DNA from: an uncultured Alphaproteobacteria bacterium
Lineage (GTDB): Bacteria; Pseudomonadota; Alphaproteobacteria; Micropepsales; Micropepsaceae
Assembly: GCA_903837555.1 (NCBI GenBank)
Contig: CAILUV010000092.1
Span: 24,615-88,614 of the forward strand
Reading direction: 5' to 3'
Length of the DNA: 64,000 nt
The position numbers and the translations under genes are program-made. Shown piece by piece: positions 21,758-31,130 of this stretch (within the stretch, counting starts at the first letter, position 1; each line of letters starts with the position of its first letter). The notes under the pieces were generated by a model. The model had not been told where the DNA came from, made no database searches, and saw only the letters and a program-made list of their open reading frames with translations.

Positions 21758-22252
21758 ATGGCAAAAGCGACCCCAATACGGAATAATTCTCCGCACCAAC
21801 TGGAGCCCAGCGACCGGGCCATTCTGCGCGAATTGCTGCGCAACGGGCGCGCCACCAATGCGGAACTGGCCTCTGCTGCGGGCATGTCGGAATCGGCCTG
21901 CTTTCGCCGCCTCAAGAAGCTGGAAGAAAGCGGCATCATCGAAAATTACACCGTGCGCATCAAGCCGGCGGCCGTGGGCCTCAGCCTGACGGCCATCGTT
22001 TCGATAGGCCTGGCGAACCAGTCGGACGATGAAGTGGTGAAGTTCGAAAAAGCCGTGGCAAAAATCCCGGAAGTCCTGGAATGCCACCTGATGACCGGCA
22101 CGCCGGATTACCTGCTGCGCGTCTCCGTGGCGGATCTGGAGGGGCTGGAAAGATTATATGCGACCGTGCTGCGCCGCCTGCCCGGCGTGGCGCGCTTCTC
22201 GTCCAATCTGGTGCTGCGCTCGGTGGTGAACCGGGCGGGCCTGCCGTTGTAA
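21758..22252 (+). CDS. Lrp/AsnC family transcriptional regulator
   Basis: D..IL..L..NGR.TNAELA...GMSESACFRRLKKLEESGII..Y HTH; PEVLECH.MTG..DYLL. Confidence 0.92.
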   Translation: MAKATPIRNNSPHQLEPSDRAILRELLRNGRATNAELASAAGMSESACFRRLKKLEESGIIENYTVRIKPAAVGLSLTAIVSIGLANQSDDEVVKFEKAVAKIPEVLECHLMTGTPDYLLRVSVADLEGLERLYATVLRRLPGVARFSSNLVLRSVVNRAGLPL

Positions 22253-22411
22253 GCGGAGATTTCCGTCACCTTTCATGGTCCCACGCCGGTTTTATTCCGC
22301 CGGATGGACCATTCCGCGCGATTTGCGGCAGAAAAAACCGCCGTTCCAGGAGCACTATTGCCAGAAGGATATCCGGGGCGACCGCCCCGACCTGCGGATA
22401 AGGGGAACATC

Positions 22412-23863
22412 ATGGCCAATCGCAAAAATACGTTCGCGCTGATGACCGGGCTTTGGTTGCTCTGCGCCGCGCTTGTCCAGCCCGCCTTTGCGGCTGAGGG
22501 CTTGCGGATCGCCACCTTCCAGACCGATGCGACGCCGCCGGTCGGCTACGACATGGGTTATTCGGTGGTGAAGGAAATCCGCGAGCGACTGCTGGCCAAA
22601 GGTGTGGTGATCACCGGCGCGGGCAAACCCTTTGTCATGCTGGCGGTCGACTGGGGCGGCGTCGACGGGCGGGCACGCGACGAATGGCACGCGCTGCTGG
22701 CAAAGGCAGCGGGCACCACACCGGACCGGGTCTCGGTCCACACGCTCCATCAACATGACGCGCCGGGTGCCGCCTTCTTCGGCTATGACGAACGCGCCAG
22801 ACTTGGCCTGCCAGAAGCCATTCCCGCCGGCGTGCCGGACAAGCGCGTATGGGCGCGCTCGGTGATGGAAAATTCGGCCATCGCGCTGACCAAGGCGCTA
22901 CGCCAGGCCCAGCCGGTCACCCATGTCGGTACCGGTAAGGCGAATGCGGAACGGCTGGGGGCCAACCGGCGCCTTATCGGCTCCAACGGGCGCGTGGCGT
23001 TTCACCGTCAATCGACCTACACCAACGTCTATCCTGCGGAAGTCGCCGCGCAGATCAAGGTGGACGCTGACGCGGACGGCCATAAGCTGAGCATCTTCCA
23101 CCCGGAAGAAGCCAAGGCCGCGCCCGAAGGGCTGATCGATCCCGCCGTGCGCGTGATCAGCTTCTGGAACGGCAATCGCCCGCTGGCTGCGCTGACCTAT
23201 TACGCGTCCCATCCGCAGGTGTGGTTCGGCAAGGGCGTTCCCACCAGCGATTTCGTGGGCACCGCCCGTGAACGCCGCCAAAAGGAAACCGGCGTGTTCC
23301 AGATTTATTTCACCGGCGCGGGCGGCAACATCACGCTGGGAAAATACAATGACGGCACCCCGCGTGCGCGCGAAGAATTTGCAGGACGGTTGCTGGACGC
23401 CATGGGGCGCGCCTGGACTGCCACCGAGCGTTCGGCGGTGACACCGGCGGACGTGGAATGGCGCACCACCGACATCTCGCTTCCCGCCAAGTATGGCGCG
23501 TTCAAGGACGAAGCACGCGCGGTTGCCGCCGACGCCAAGCGCCCTGCGAATGTGCGCCTCGCGGCAATCAGCAAGTACACGCGGGCGCAGGCGCTTGAGG
23601 AAGGCACCACGCTCGTCGCGCTGCGATTGGGGAAAGCCTTTTCGGTGCACCTGCCGGGTGAGGCCTTCGTCCAATACCAGCTCGGCTCGCAGGCGATCCG
23701 CCCGAACGATTTCGTCGCCGTGGCGGCCTATGCCGAAGGCCTTGGCTATATCGGCCACGAACGCGCCTATGGCGAGGGCGGCTATGAGATCACGGTTTCA
23801 CAAACCACGCTGACGGCGGAAAAGGTGATCATGGACGGGGTGCGCAAGCTGCTGGTCCCATAG
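22412..23863 (+). CDS. Exported hypothetical protein, neutral/alkaline ceramidase-like amidohydrolase fold (tentative)
   Basis: Signal peptide; D.TPP.G, HTLHQHDAP, YASHP, FTGAGGNI and LPGEAFV.Y motifs resemble ceramidase N-terminal-domain proteins. Confidence 0.6.
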   Translation: MANRKNTFALMTGLWLLCAALVQPAFAAEGLRIATFQTDATPPVGYDMGYSVVKEIRERLLAKGVVITGAGKPFVMLAVDWGGVDGRARDEWHALLAKAAGTTPDRVSVHTLHQHDAPGAAFFGYDERARLGLPEAIPAGVPDKRVWARSVMENSAIALTKALRQAQPVTHVGTGKANAERLGANRRLIGSNGRVAFHRQSTYTNVYPAEVAAQIKVDADADGHKLSIFHPEEAKAAPEGLIDPAVRVISFWNGNRPLAALTYYASHPQVWFGKGVPTSDFVGTARERRQKETGVFQIYFTGAGGNITLGKYNDGTPRAREEFAGRLLDAMGRAWTATERSAVTPADVEWRTTDISLPAKYGAFKDEARAVAADAKRPANVRLAAISKYTRAQALEEGTTLVALRLGKAFSVHLPGEAFVQYQLGSQAIRPNDFVAVAAYAEGLGYIGHERAYGEGGYEITVSQTTLTAEKVIMDGVRKLLVP

Positions 23864-23933
23864 GAGAGCCGTCACGTCGCTTGAATTGTCCCGGCACCCT
23901 TCATAGGCTTTCCCCAAAATAAGGGGTGGGGAC

Positions 23934-25148
23934 ATGCAGGCCAGATGGATCGGCGCCCTTTTGGGCGCGGCGCTTCTTTGCACACCGGCTTTCGCGGTCG
24001 ATTACTTCCCGCCGCCTGATTCCTCCAAGGGAGGCGATAGCTGGGCCACCCGCACCCCGGCCCAGGCCAGGCTCGATCCGGCCAAGCTGAAAGCGGCGAT
24101 CGATTTCGCCATTTCCGCGGAACAGAAATATCCGCCCGAGATCGCGGACAAGATCGACATCCGCGATCTCACGGTTTCCATCCCGCTGAAATATGCCGGC
24201 ACCAACGAGGCGTACAACACGCCCATCGGGCCGCTGAAGGCGCGCGCGCCCGCCAACGGCATCATCATCAAGGGCGGTTATATCGTGGCCGAATGGGGCA
24301 AGACCCGCCAAGTCGACATGACCTTCTCGGTCACCAAGACATTCCTGTCGTCCGTCGCGGGCGTGGCCTTCGATCGTGGCATGATCAAAAGCGTCAACGA
24401 CCGCGTGATCGATTATGTGCGCCCCACGCCCGATTACATGCTGGCGCACAACCAGCCCGTCACCTGGAACGACATGCTGCGCCAGCAGTCCGGCTGGATC
24501 GGCACGCTGTGGGGCAAGCCCTGGTGGGCCGACCGGCCGGACCCCGGCAAGCCGTGGAGCGAACTGGCCAAGGGCCCGCCGCCGGTGGGCAAGGCCTGGA
24601 AATACAATGACGTGCGGGTGAACGCGCTGGCGCTCGCCCTGACGCATCTGTGGAAACGCCCGCTGCCCGAGGTGCTGAAGGAAACCATCGCCGATCCCAT
24701 CGGCATGTCCGACACCTGGCACTGGGAAGGCTATGACAACAGCTTCACCACCATTGACGGCAAGCGCACCAAGGTGGTGAGCGGCGGCGGCCATTGGGGC
24801 GGCGGAATGTTCCTGTCGGCGCGGGATCAAGGGCGGCTTGGATTGCTGGGCCTGGCTAAAGGCAAGTGGAACGGCAAGACCATCCTGTCCGACGCCTGGG
24901 TGAAGATGGCGGCCACGCCCACCGCCACCAACACCGGCTACGGCTTCTGCAACTGGTATCTGAACACCGACAAGAAGATGTACCCGGCCGCCCGCGCCGA
25001 CAGCGTCTCGTTCGTGGGCGACGGCGCCAACATCATCTTCATCGATTACCAGCACGACATCGTGGCGGTGGTGCGCTGGATCGATGCGCCTCAGATGAAG
25101 GAATTCGTACGGCTGCTGATCGAGGCGACGGGCGAACCCGCGCCTTAA
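23934..25148 (+). CDS. Exported serine hydrolase, beta-lactamase/AmpC-like family
   Basis: FSVTK (SxxK), KYND, GHWGGGMFLSARDQGRLG; signal peptide. Confidence 0.85.
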   Translation: MQARWIGALLGAALLCTPAFAVDYFPPPDSSKGGDSWATRTPAQARLDPAKLKAAIDFAISAEQKYPPEIADKIDIRDLTVSIPLKYAGTNEAYNTPIGPLKARAPANGIIIKGGYIVAEWGKTRQVDMTFSVTKTFLSSVAGVAFDRGMIKSVNDRVIDYVRPTPDYMLAHNQPVTWNDMLRQQSGWIGTLWGKPWWADRPDPGKPWSELAKGPPPVGKAWKYNDVRVNALALALTHLWKRPLPEVLKETIADPIGMSDTWHWEGYDNSFTTIDGKRTKVVSGGGHWGGGMFLSARDQGRLGLLGLAKGKWNGKTILSDAWVKMAATPTATNTGYGFCNWYLNTDKKMYPAARADSVSFVGDGANIIFIDYQHDIVAVVRWIDAPQMKEFVRLLIEATGEPAP

Positions 25149-26008
25149 GCCAACTGCGTCTTGTACATCGCCAGCAGCGCGGCCCAAGCGCGTTCGGCTT
25201 CCGCTTCGTTGTAGACGGCGCTGCCCTTGACGCACCAGCCATGGTCTGCCGGGTAAACCTCAACCGTCGCGGTGCGGCCCGCGGCAGCGAAGGCGGCTTT
25301 CAGGTCATCCTTCACCGTCGGCTCCTTCGCATCGTCATTGCGCGCCTTGGCGATCAGGTACGCCGCATTGGTCTTGGGGATCAGCAGATGCGGGCTGTTG
25401 GGATTTTTCGTCACCAGCCCGCCGCCATGGAAGCTGCCCACCGCCGCGATTCGGCCCGGCACCGCCGCCGCCGTGCGGAACGACAGCGGACCGCCCATGC
25501 AATAGCCCTGCACGCCCGCTTTCCTGACCTTGTTGGTCTGGGGCTGCGCGTCGAGGAACGTCAAATACGCCGCCGAATCCCGGTCCGCACCGTCGTCGCC
25601 AATCGCGGCACGATAGCCGGTCAGGCGCGCACGCTGCTCGGTGTTGGAAAAATCGAACTTGTCGTCGATCACCGGCGACTTGGCCGAGCGGTAGAAAGGG
25701 TTCACCACCAGCACGACATAGCCTTCGCCCGCCAGGCGGCGGCCCATGTCGCGGAAGGCGGGCCTGAGGCCCATGATATCGGGCCAGATCAGCACGGCGG
25801 GCCAGGTGCCCTTGCCGACAGGATAAAACAGCGCGCAGTCCGCGGTGCCGTCGGGCGTTTTCACCGCCACGTCTTTTTCGACGACATTGCTCTGGGCCAG
25901 CGCCGGGGCGGCGGCCAGGCTGGCGCCCGCCACGGTCAGAAGACCGAAGCCGCGCCGCGAGAGCCGGGAATCTTCAACAAGGCCGGGGTGAATATCATCG
26001 TCGCACAT
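25145..26008 (-). CDS. Dienelactone hydrolase family protein, Tat-type leader
   Basis: GYCMGG nucleophile, NDD and YPADHGW triad residues; LSRRGF leader. Confidence 0.9.
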   Translation of the reverse strand: MCDDDIHPGLVEDSRLSRRGFGLLTVAGASLAAAPALAQSNVVEKDVAVKTPDGTADCALFYPVGKGTWPAVLIWPDIMGLRPAFRDMGRRLAGEGYVVLVVNPFYRSAKSPVIDDKFDFSNTEQRARLTGYRAAIGDDGADRDSAAYLTFLDAQPQTNKVRKAGVQGYCMGGPLSFRTAAAVPGRIAAVGSFHGGGLVTKNPNSPHLLIPKTNAAYLIAKARNDDAKEPTVKDDLKAAFAAAGRTATVEVYPADHGWCVKGSAVYNEAEAERAWAALLAMYKTQLA

Positions 26009-26069
26009 GGCGCCTCTCCCTCACGCTTGGATGCGCAGCAAAGGAGCCATTGCAGCGACTGTCAAGCAC

Positions 26070-26094
26070 GCCCGGCAGGGGTGACCTGCCGGGC
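26070..26094. other. Perfect 10-bp inverted repeat between the SPFH and hydrolase genes (terminator or stabilising hairpin)
   Basis: GCCCGGCAGG-GGTGA-CCTGCCGGGC; no U-tract on the transcribed strand. Confidence 0.4.
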
Positions 26095-26119
26095 GGCGAC
26101 AATGACTTGACGTTGATGC

Positions 26120-27022
26120 CTACTTCACGTTGATGAAAGGCACCGTGTTGCCGGGCATCATGGTGGTGGGCAGCACGCCGTTCCACTTTTCCGACGCCAC
26201 TAGGGTGGGCAGGGCCGGATTGTTGCGCAACGCTTCGCCGCGCGCCTGGATGGCGCCGGCTTCGGCCTTGCCCTGCACTTCGATCTGGTGGGCCTTGGCG
26301 TCCGAGGCGGATTTCACTTCATAGGCCAGGGCGTCGGCATCGATGATGCGCTTCTGCTTGTCGGCTTCGGCCTGCTGCTGCTTGACGATGGCCTGCATGC
26401 GAAGTTCGACCGCGCTCTCATACTGCTGCGAGAAGGTGATGTCCTCGATCTGCACGCTGTCGATCACCACCGGCCCGCTCATGGACTTGCGAATGGCCTC
26501 GAAAACCTCGGCATTCAGCACGGTACGCTTCTGGATCGCGTCGGCGGCGTCGAACTGGCCGAACACGGTCTTGAGCTGGTCATAGGCGCGCGAAATGATC
26601 ACGCGCTGCTTCATGTTTTCCAGCGAACCGAACTGGGCATAGACTGCCGAAGCGTCGGTGACATGATAGTTGATCGCCATGGCGATGGTGGCAGGCTGCT
26701 GGTCGCGGCTGTAGGTCTGCAGGCGCGTGTCGCCCATTTCTGTCTTCTCGAAGGATTCCTTCTGGATCTGGACGGAAATTTTTTCGACGCTGTTGATGAA
26801 GGGAACCTTGAAATGCAGCCCCGGTCCGGCTTCGCCGACCACCCGGCCCAGCCGCAGGATGACGCCACGCTCGCCTTCATCGATGGTGTAGGCGGTGGAG
26901 AACAGCAGCACCAGCGCGGCCACGGCGGCGGCGCCCGCGATGATGGCGCGCTTGGGCAGTTGGCCGAAGTTGAAATCCATGCTCGGCAGCTTGGTAGGCT
27001 GCGCACCCCAGGGGCTACTCAT
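26120..27022 (-). CDS. SPFH/band 7 (prohibitin family) membrane protein
   Basis: N-terminal TM, YTIDEGERGVILRLG...GLHFKVPF, IDSVQIEDITFS..YE.AVE, coiled-coil tail. Confidence 0.9.
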   Translation of the reverse strand: MSSPWGAQPTKLPSMDFNFGQLPKRAIIAGAAAVAALVLLFSTAYTIDEGERGVILRLGRVVGEAGPGLHFKVPFINSVEKISVQIQKESFEKTEMGDTRLQTYSRDQQPATIAMAINYHVTDASAVYAQFGSLENMKQRVIISRAYDQLKTVFGQFDAADAIQKRTVLNAEVFEAIRKSMSGPVVIDSVQIEDITFSQQYESAVELRMQAIVKQQQAEADKQKRIIDADALAYEVKSASDAKAHQIEVQGKAEAGAIQARGEALRNNPALPTLVASEKWNGVLPTTMMPGNTVPFINVK

Positions 27023-27167
27023 GGCGACTTTTCTCTCCTCTTAAGTGGTAAAATGGCGCGGGCGTGATCCGCAGCCTTTTGCAATATATCGCTTGGATTT
27101 CGCGCTGTTTTGTGAAGTGTTCAATACCGCGGGGCAGGTGTCAAAACTAAGGCACGGCCGCCCAGCC

Positions 27168-27896
27168 TCAGATTTTGAGGAGTTTGGGAAGAATCTGTCC
27201 CAAATCCTCCGGGTGGCGGTACTCCGCCTGCTCCTGTGGATGAAAGTGATAATTGCCGATCACCTGCGGCAGGCGCGACAGCCGCGCGCCCAAATGGCCC
27301 AGAACCGACCAGAAGGCCCCGTCCGCCACGGTGCGGATCAGGGTGCCGTCGTTCAACCGCCACGGATAACGCGGCACCTGCACATGCGCCGCCATTTTCC
27401 ACATCACCGCCGGGCCGAAGGTCAGCCGCTCGCCGGTGCCGCTGCCCAGCCGCCGGTCGGCTTCGGTGGCGGGGGGACAGTCGCCGGAAAAAACCAGTTC
27501 GGCCGCCGGCTGGCAGGGCCGCACGGCATCGGTCTCCTCCTGCGAATAACAGATACGCCAGTCGCCCCCGACCAGCACCGCATCTTCCTTCTGGATCAGG
27601 CCCGCCAGTTGCGCCACCGCGTCGGGCGCCAGCCGGTCGTCCAGGTTCAGATTCATCACCAGGGGCGTGGTGACGCGCGCCAGCGCCAGATTCCACGCCT
27701 GATAGATGGTGAGGTCCTGGCTGGAGGTGACGGTTTCGGCATCAAGGTCAGCGGGGGGCGTGTCGCCGCCATCGAACACATAGATGACGTGCACCTTGCG
27801 CGTCTGGCCGCGCAGATTGTCCCGGTGCCCCCGCACCAGGGCGCGGCGGCGCGCATCCTTGCTCCATACCGCGCAAATGACCGTGACGTCCGTCAT
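27168..27896 (-). CDS. Glycosyltransferase family 2-like (GT-A) protein
   Basis: C-terminal 242 aa of the 711-aa ORF: VTVICAVW, YVFDGG, IYQAWNLAL, NLNLDD; AAGGGG upstream of the ATG. Confidence 0.65.
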   Translation of the reverse strand: MTDVTVICAVWSKDARRRALVRGHRDNLRGQTRKVHVIYVFDGGDTPPADLDAETVTSSQDLTIYQAWNLALARVTTPLVMNLNLDDRLAPDAVAQLAGLIQKEDAVLVGGDWRICYSQEETDAVRPCQPAAELVFSGDCPPATEADRRLGSGTGERLTFGPAVMWKMAAHVQVPRYPWRLNDGTLIRTVADGAFWSVLGHLGARLSRLPQVIGNYHFHPQEQAEYRHPEDLGQILPKLLKI

Positions 27897-28028
27897 GCCG
27901 CCCCTTTTGCCCCAAACCGGATGAAATTGCGCCGGGGCGCCCCAGGAACTTATGCCAAGGAACTTATGTTTGCCCACTTTCCTGCGCAAGAATGCGTCCA
28001 ACGCAGCCAATCCCGGATGGAGAAAACC

Positions 28029-29285
28029 ATGCGCATCCTCGTTGCTCTTGCCGCCATTCTGCTTGCCGGTAGCGCTTCGGCGCAGCCCAGGCCCGGCCCC
28101 GCCTTTGCCGACGCCACCGCAACGCATGTCCCTACCGCCGCGGAACTTCATGCGCTGGATGCGGTGTTCGGCGACTTTGACGGCGACGGCGACCTGGATG
28201 TGGCGCTGGCAGTCGAAAACGGCGCCAACCGGCTCTACATCAATGTAGGCAAGGGCAAGCTGCGCTGGGTGGAAGGCGCGCTGGGCCGCACCGTGCATGA
28301 CAACGAACATGTGCGCGCCGCCGATTTCAATCGCGACGGCCTGCTCGACCTGGTCTTCGTCGCAGAAGACGGCGTGCACCATCAGCTTTTCCTGGGCCAG
28401 CCCGGCGGACGCTTCCAGGATGTCAGTGACCGCTTGCCCGCGCGCAGCGAAGGCAACGGCCTGGCGGTCGGCGACGTGAATGGCGACAAGCTGCCCGACA
28501 TCGTGGTGGGCAATTCCGCCGAGGGTGGCGGCGTGGCGCGCAACTTCCTGTGGCTGAACGATCCCAAGAGGCCGGGCCACTTTGTTGACACAAGTAAGAA
28601 CCTGCCCACGCCCGCCGGCGACGAAGCCCAGGGTGTCGTGCTGGTCGATATCGACAAGGATGGCGACCTGGACATGGTGATCGCCAACCAGTCGCCCACC
28701 AACCGCCTGCTGCTGAATGACGGCAAGGGCCGCTTCACCGACGCCACCGCGCGTCTGGGCACAAGCGTTCCCACCCAGACGCGCGAGGTCCATACGCTGG
28801 ACGCCAACCGCGATGGCCGTCCCGACATTCTGTTCCTCAACATCACCAGCAATGCCGGACAGTATGACCGCGATCCGCAGGCCCGCCTTCTGATCCAGCA
28901 AGGCGACGGTACGTTCCGCGACGAGACCAAGGCGCGCCTGCCCGCGCACACCTTCTCTGTCTGGGGCGGCCAGGTCATCGATTTCGACCATGACAGCGCG
29001 CCCGACATCGTGGTGGGGGCCATCCAGGTGCCGGGCTTCGTGCCGATGCAGCTTCGCGCCTGGCGCAATGACGGCAAAGGCAGTTTCACCGACGTGACGC
29101 TGACGGCGATGCCCAATTCGGTGGTCGGGCGTCACTGGAGCATGGCGGTGGGCGACCTGGACGGCGACAAGCGCGACGACCTGCTGGCCGGCGCCTGGGG
29201 CACCCAGGCGCTGCTGCTGCTGACCGACCGGGCAGCGGTGCAGGCGGCCCGGCCCCGGCTGAAGCTGGGCCAGCAGGAGCCTTAG
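28029..29285 (+). CDS. Exported FG-GAP/VCBS-repeat beta-propeller protein
   Basis: Signal peptide MRILVALAA...SAQ; seven D(F/I/V/A/L)xxDxxxD repeats. Confidence 0.85.
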   Translation: MRILVALAAILLAGSASAQPRPGPAFADATATHVPTAAELHALDAVFGDFDGDGDLDVALAVENGANRLYINVGKGKLRWVEGALGRTVHDNEHVRAADFNRDGLLDLVFVAEDGVHHQLFLGQPGGRFQDVSDRLPARSEGNGLAVGDVNGDKLPDIVVGNSAEGGGVARNFLWLNDPKRPGHFVDTSKNLPTPAGDEAQGVVLVDIDKDGDLDMVIANQSPTNRLLLNDGKGRFTDATARLGTSVPTQTREVHTLDANRDGRPDILFLNITSNAGQYDRDPQARLLIQQGDGTFRDETKARLPAHTFSVWGGQVIDFDHDSAPDIVVGAIQVPGFVPMQLRAWRNDGKGSFTDVTLTAMPNSVVGRHWSMAVGDLDGDKRDDLLAGAWGTQALLLLTDRAAVQAARPRLKLGQQEP

Positions 29286-29292
29286 GCGCGGT

Positions 29293-29307
29293 TTAAAAGA
29301 CACTTAA
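29293..29307. promoter_or_regulatory. Putative CtrA-binding site
   Basis: TTAA-AAGACAC-TTAA, exact TTAA-N7-TTAA spacing in an AT-rich intergenic gap. Confidence 0.55.
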
Positions 29308-29334
29308 TTTCCGGGTAACGCGCCTGGTGTAGTC

Positions 29335-29916
29335 ATGGCGGCCAGGTCACCCGGAGACGGCATGCCGTTTGGCGCAATCTTGCACCGGATACGGTCCGCG
29401 ATCGCTGACGGCGCAAAAGCCGTCACGGCGCAGGGCGCGGATTTTCGCGGCCAGGCCGAATACCGCCCCGATGTCGATGGGTTGCGAGCGGTCGCGGTGC
29501 TGCTGGTCGTCGGCTACCACGCCTTTCCGGCCTGGATTCAGGGCGGCTATATCGGCGTCGACGTCTTCTTCGTCATCTCGGGCTATCTGATCACGCGCCT
29601 GATACAGGCGCGTCTGGAGACAGGCCGTTTCACCCTGCGCGACTTCTACGCGCGGCGCGTGCGGCGGATTTTCCCGGCGCTGCTGCTGGTGCTGGCCGCC
29701 GTCGCCATCACCGGGCTGTTGCTGTTCCAGGCGGACGAGCTGTCCGGCTTGCGCAACGCACTGGTGGCGGGCGGGTTGTTCGTGCCCAACATCCAGATCT
29801 GGCGCGAAACCGGCTATTTCGACACCGCCGCCAACCTCAAACCGCTGCTGCATCTGTGGTCGCTGGGCGTCGAGGAACAATTCTATCTGCTCTGGTCGCG
29901 GGCATTCGTGTCATAA
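29335..29916 (+). pseudogene. Truncated acyltransferase 3 (OafA/YrhL-like O-acyltransferase)
   Basis: YRPDVDGLRAVAV, GYIGVDVFFVISGYLIT, FYARRVRRIFPA, HLWSLGVEEQFYLLW, then a stop after 6 residues. Confidence 0.75.
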
Positions 29917-29959
29917 TCCCTGACAAGCCACAGAGCTGCCGAATGAAAAAGGGAGAGAC

Positions 29960-30928
29960 ATGTTAAGCCGCAGAAACCTGATGGGCACCGGCCTGGCTGC
30001 CGCCGCTGTCGCCGCCTCCGCGCCGTATGCCTTTGCGCTGCCGGGCGACAAGATCAAATACGCGACCAGCGGCAACCAGTTCGGCCCGATGCTGCCGCAC
30101 CCCGAAGAGGGGATCAAGATGACGGCCTATTACGGCTATCACGGCATCGAACCCTTTGAAGGCCAGACGCTGAAATTCCGCGACAAGGGCCAGTCCTTCA
30201 GAGCGCTCAAGGACAAGCTAGACGAGGTTCAGCTGGAGCTTTGCACCATCGGCTGCAGCGGCGAATATCTGGACCCCACCAAGTTCCAGGCCACGCTGAA
30301 GAACAACCTGGACAATTCCAGGTATGTGAAACAGTTCGGCTGCACGCACCTCAAGATCAACCTCAACGAGCGTCCCAAGGACGAGCCCGACATGACGGTG
30401 GCGGAGCTGAAGATCATCGCCGGCCACATCAATGAAGTCGGCAAGCAGATGGCCGATGTCGGCGTCCGGTTCGCCTTCCATCCCCATGCCTGGACGGTGT
30501 GCGAGCGCACGCATGAGCTGGATTACCTGATGGAGAACACCGATCCGCGCTATGTCTGGCTGACCTTCGATCCGGGCCATGCCACGCTGGGCGGCATCGA
30601 TCCGATGCGCGTGATGGACATCTATTATTCGCGCCTCGCGGCCCTCCACCTGAAGGACGCCGAAGCCAAATACAATGTCCGCCGCGCCGGCTGGAAAGGC
30701 CCGGCCCCAAGCCAGGAAGAACATCGCCGCGTGCATCTGTACAAGCGCATGGGCGCGGGCGGCGTCGACTTCCCGGGCATCTTCGAAATCCTGCGCGCCA
30801 AGAAGTGGGAAGGCTGGGCGACGCTCGACTTCAATGCACAAGGGCGCAACGGCACCATTCAGGACGATATGAACCGCCACAAGGAATATCTGTTGAACGT
30901 CCTGAAGGCCGACCTCAGGCACGTCTGA
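29960..30928 (+). CDS. Sugar phosphate isomerase/epimerase family TIM-barrel protein (IolE/xylose-isomerase-like), Tat-type leader
   Basis: MLSRRNLMG leader; FHPH, FDPGH, HLKD, G.G.VDFP.IF..L motifs. Confidence 0.8.
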   Translation: MLSRRNLMGTGLAAAAVAASAPYAFALPGDKIKYATSGNQFGPMLPHPEEGIKMTAYYGYHGIEPFEGQTLKFRDKGQSFRALKDKLDEVQLELCTIGCSGEYLDPTKFQATLKNNLDNSRYVKQFGCTHLKINLNERPKDEPDMTVAELKIIAGHINEVGKQMADVGVRFAFHPHAWTVCERTHELDYLMENTDPRYVWLTFDPGHATLGGIDPMRVMDIYYSRLAALHLKDAEAKYNVRRAGWKGPAPSQEEHRRVHLYKRMGAGGVDFPGIFEILRAKKWEGWATLDFNAQGRNGTIQDDMNRHKEYLLNVLKADLRHV

Positions 30929-30944
30929 CGTATCTGCTTTGCTG

Positions 30945-30985
30945 CAAAGGCGGCTGGCGGATGCGCCGGCCGCCTTTGGCTTTTG
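30945..30985 (+). terminator. Probable terminator of the TIM-barrel gene
   Basis: CAAAGGCGGC...GCCGCCTTTG stem (about 15 bp with G-U pairs) followed by GCTTTT. Confidence 0.5.
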
Positions 30986-31130
30986 TAGCCGGCAGTCGCT
31001 ATTTCTTGTCGCGTGAATTTTTGCTGGGTGTCCTCGCCGCGAAGCGGCTCGGCTGGCGGCCGCCCTCGCGACCTTGCCGCTCGAAGCGGCGCTCATTTTT
31101 TGTAAGTTCGCGAAGCGAACTAACAAAAAA

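Noticed and set aside
27049-27060. AAAATGGCGC matching the tRNA-Arg 3' end, a possible attachment-site duplicate bounding an island
   Set aside because: Only 10 bp, overlaps a likely TGGTAAAAT promoter element, and no integrase is visible.
27045-29303. 746-aa (+) and 711-aa (-) ORFs that look like large fusions
   Set aside because: Each combines one real gene (FG-GAP or GT2) with the antisense of the other; the real starts are at 28029 and 27896.
30945-31130. CRISPR array
   Set aside because: Hairpins are not identical direct repeats with regular spacers, and no cas genes are present.
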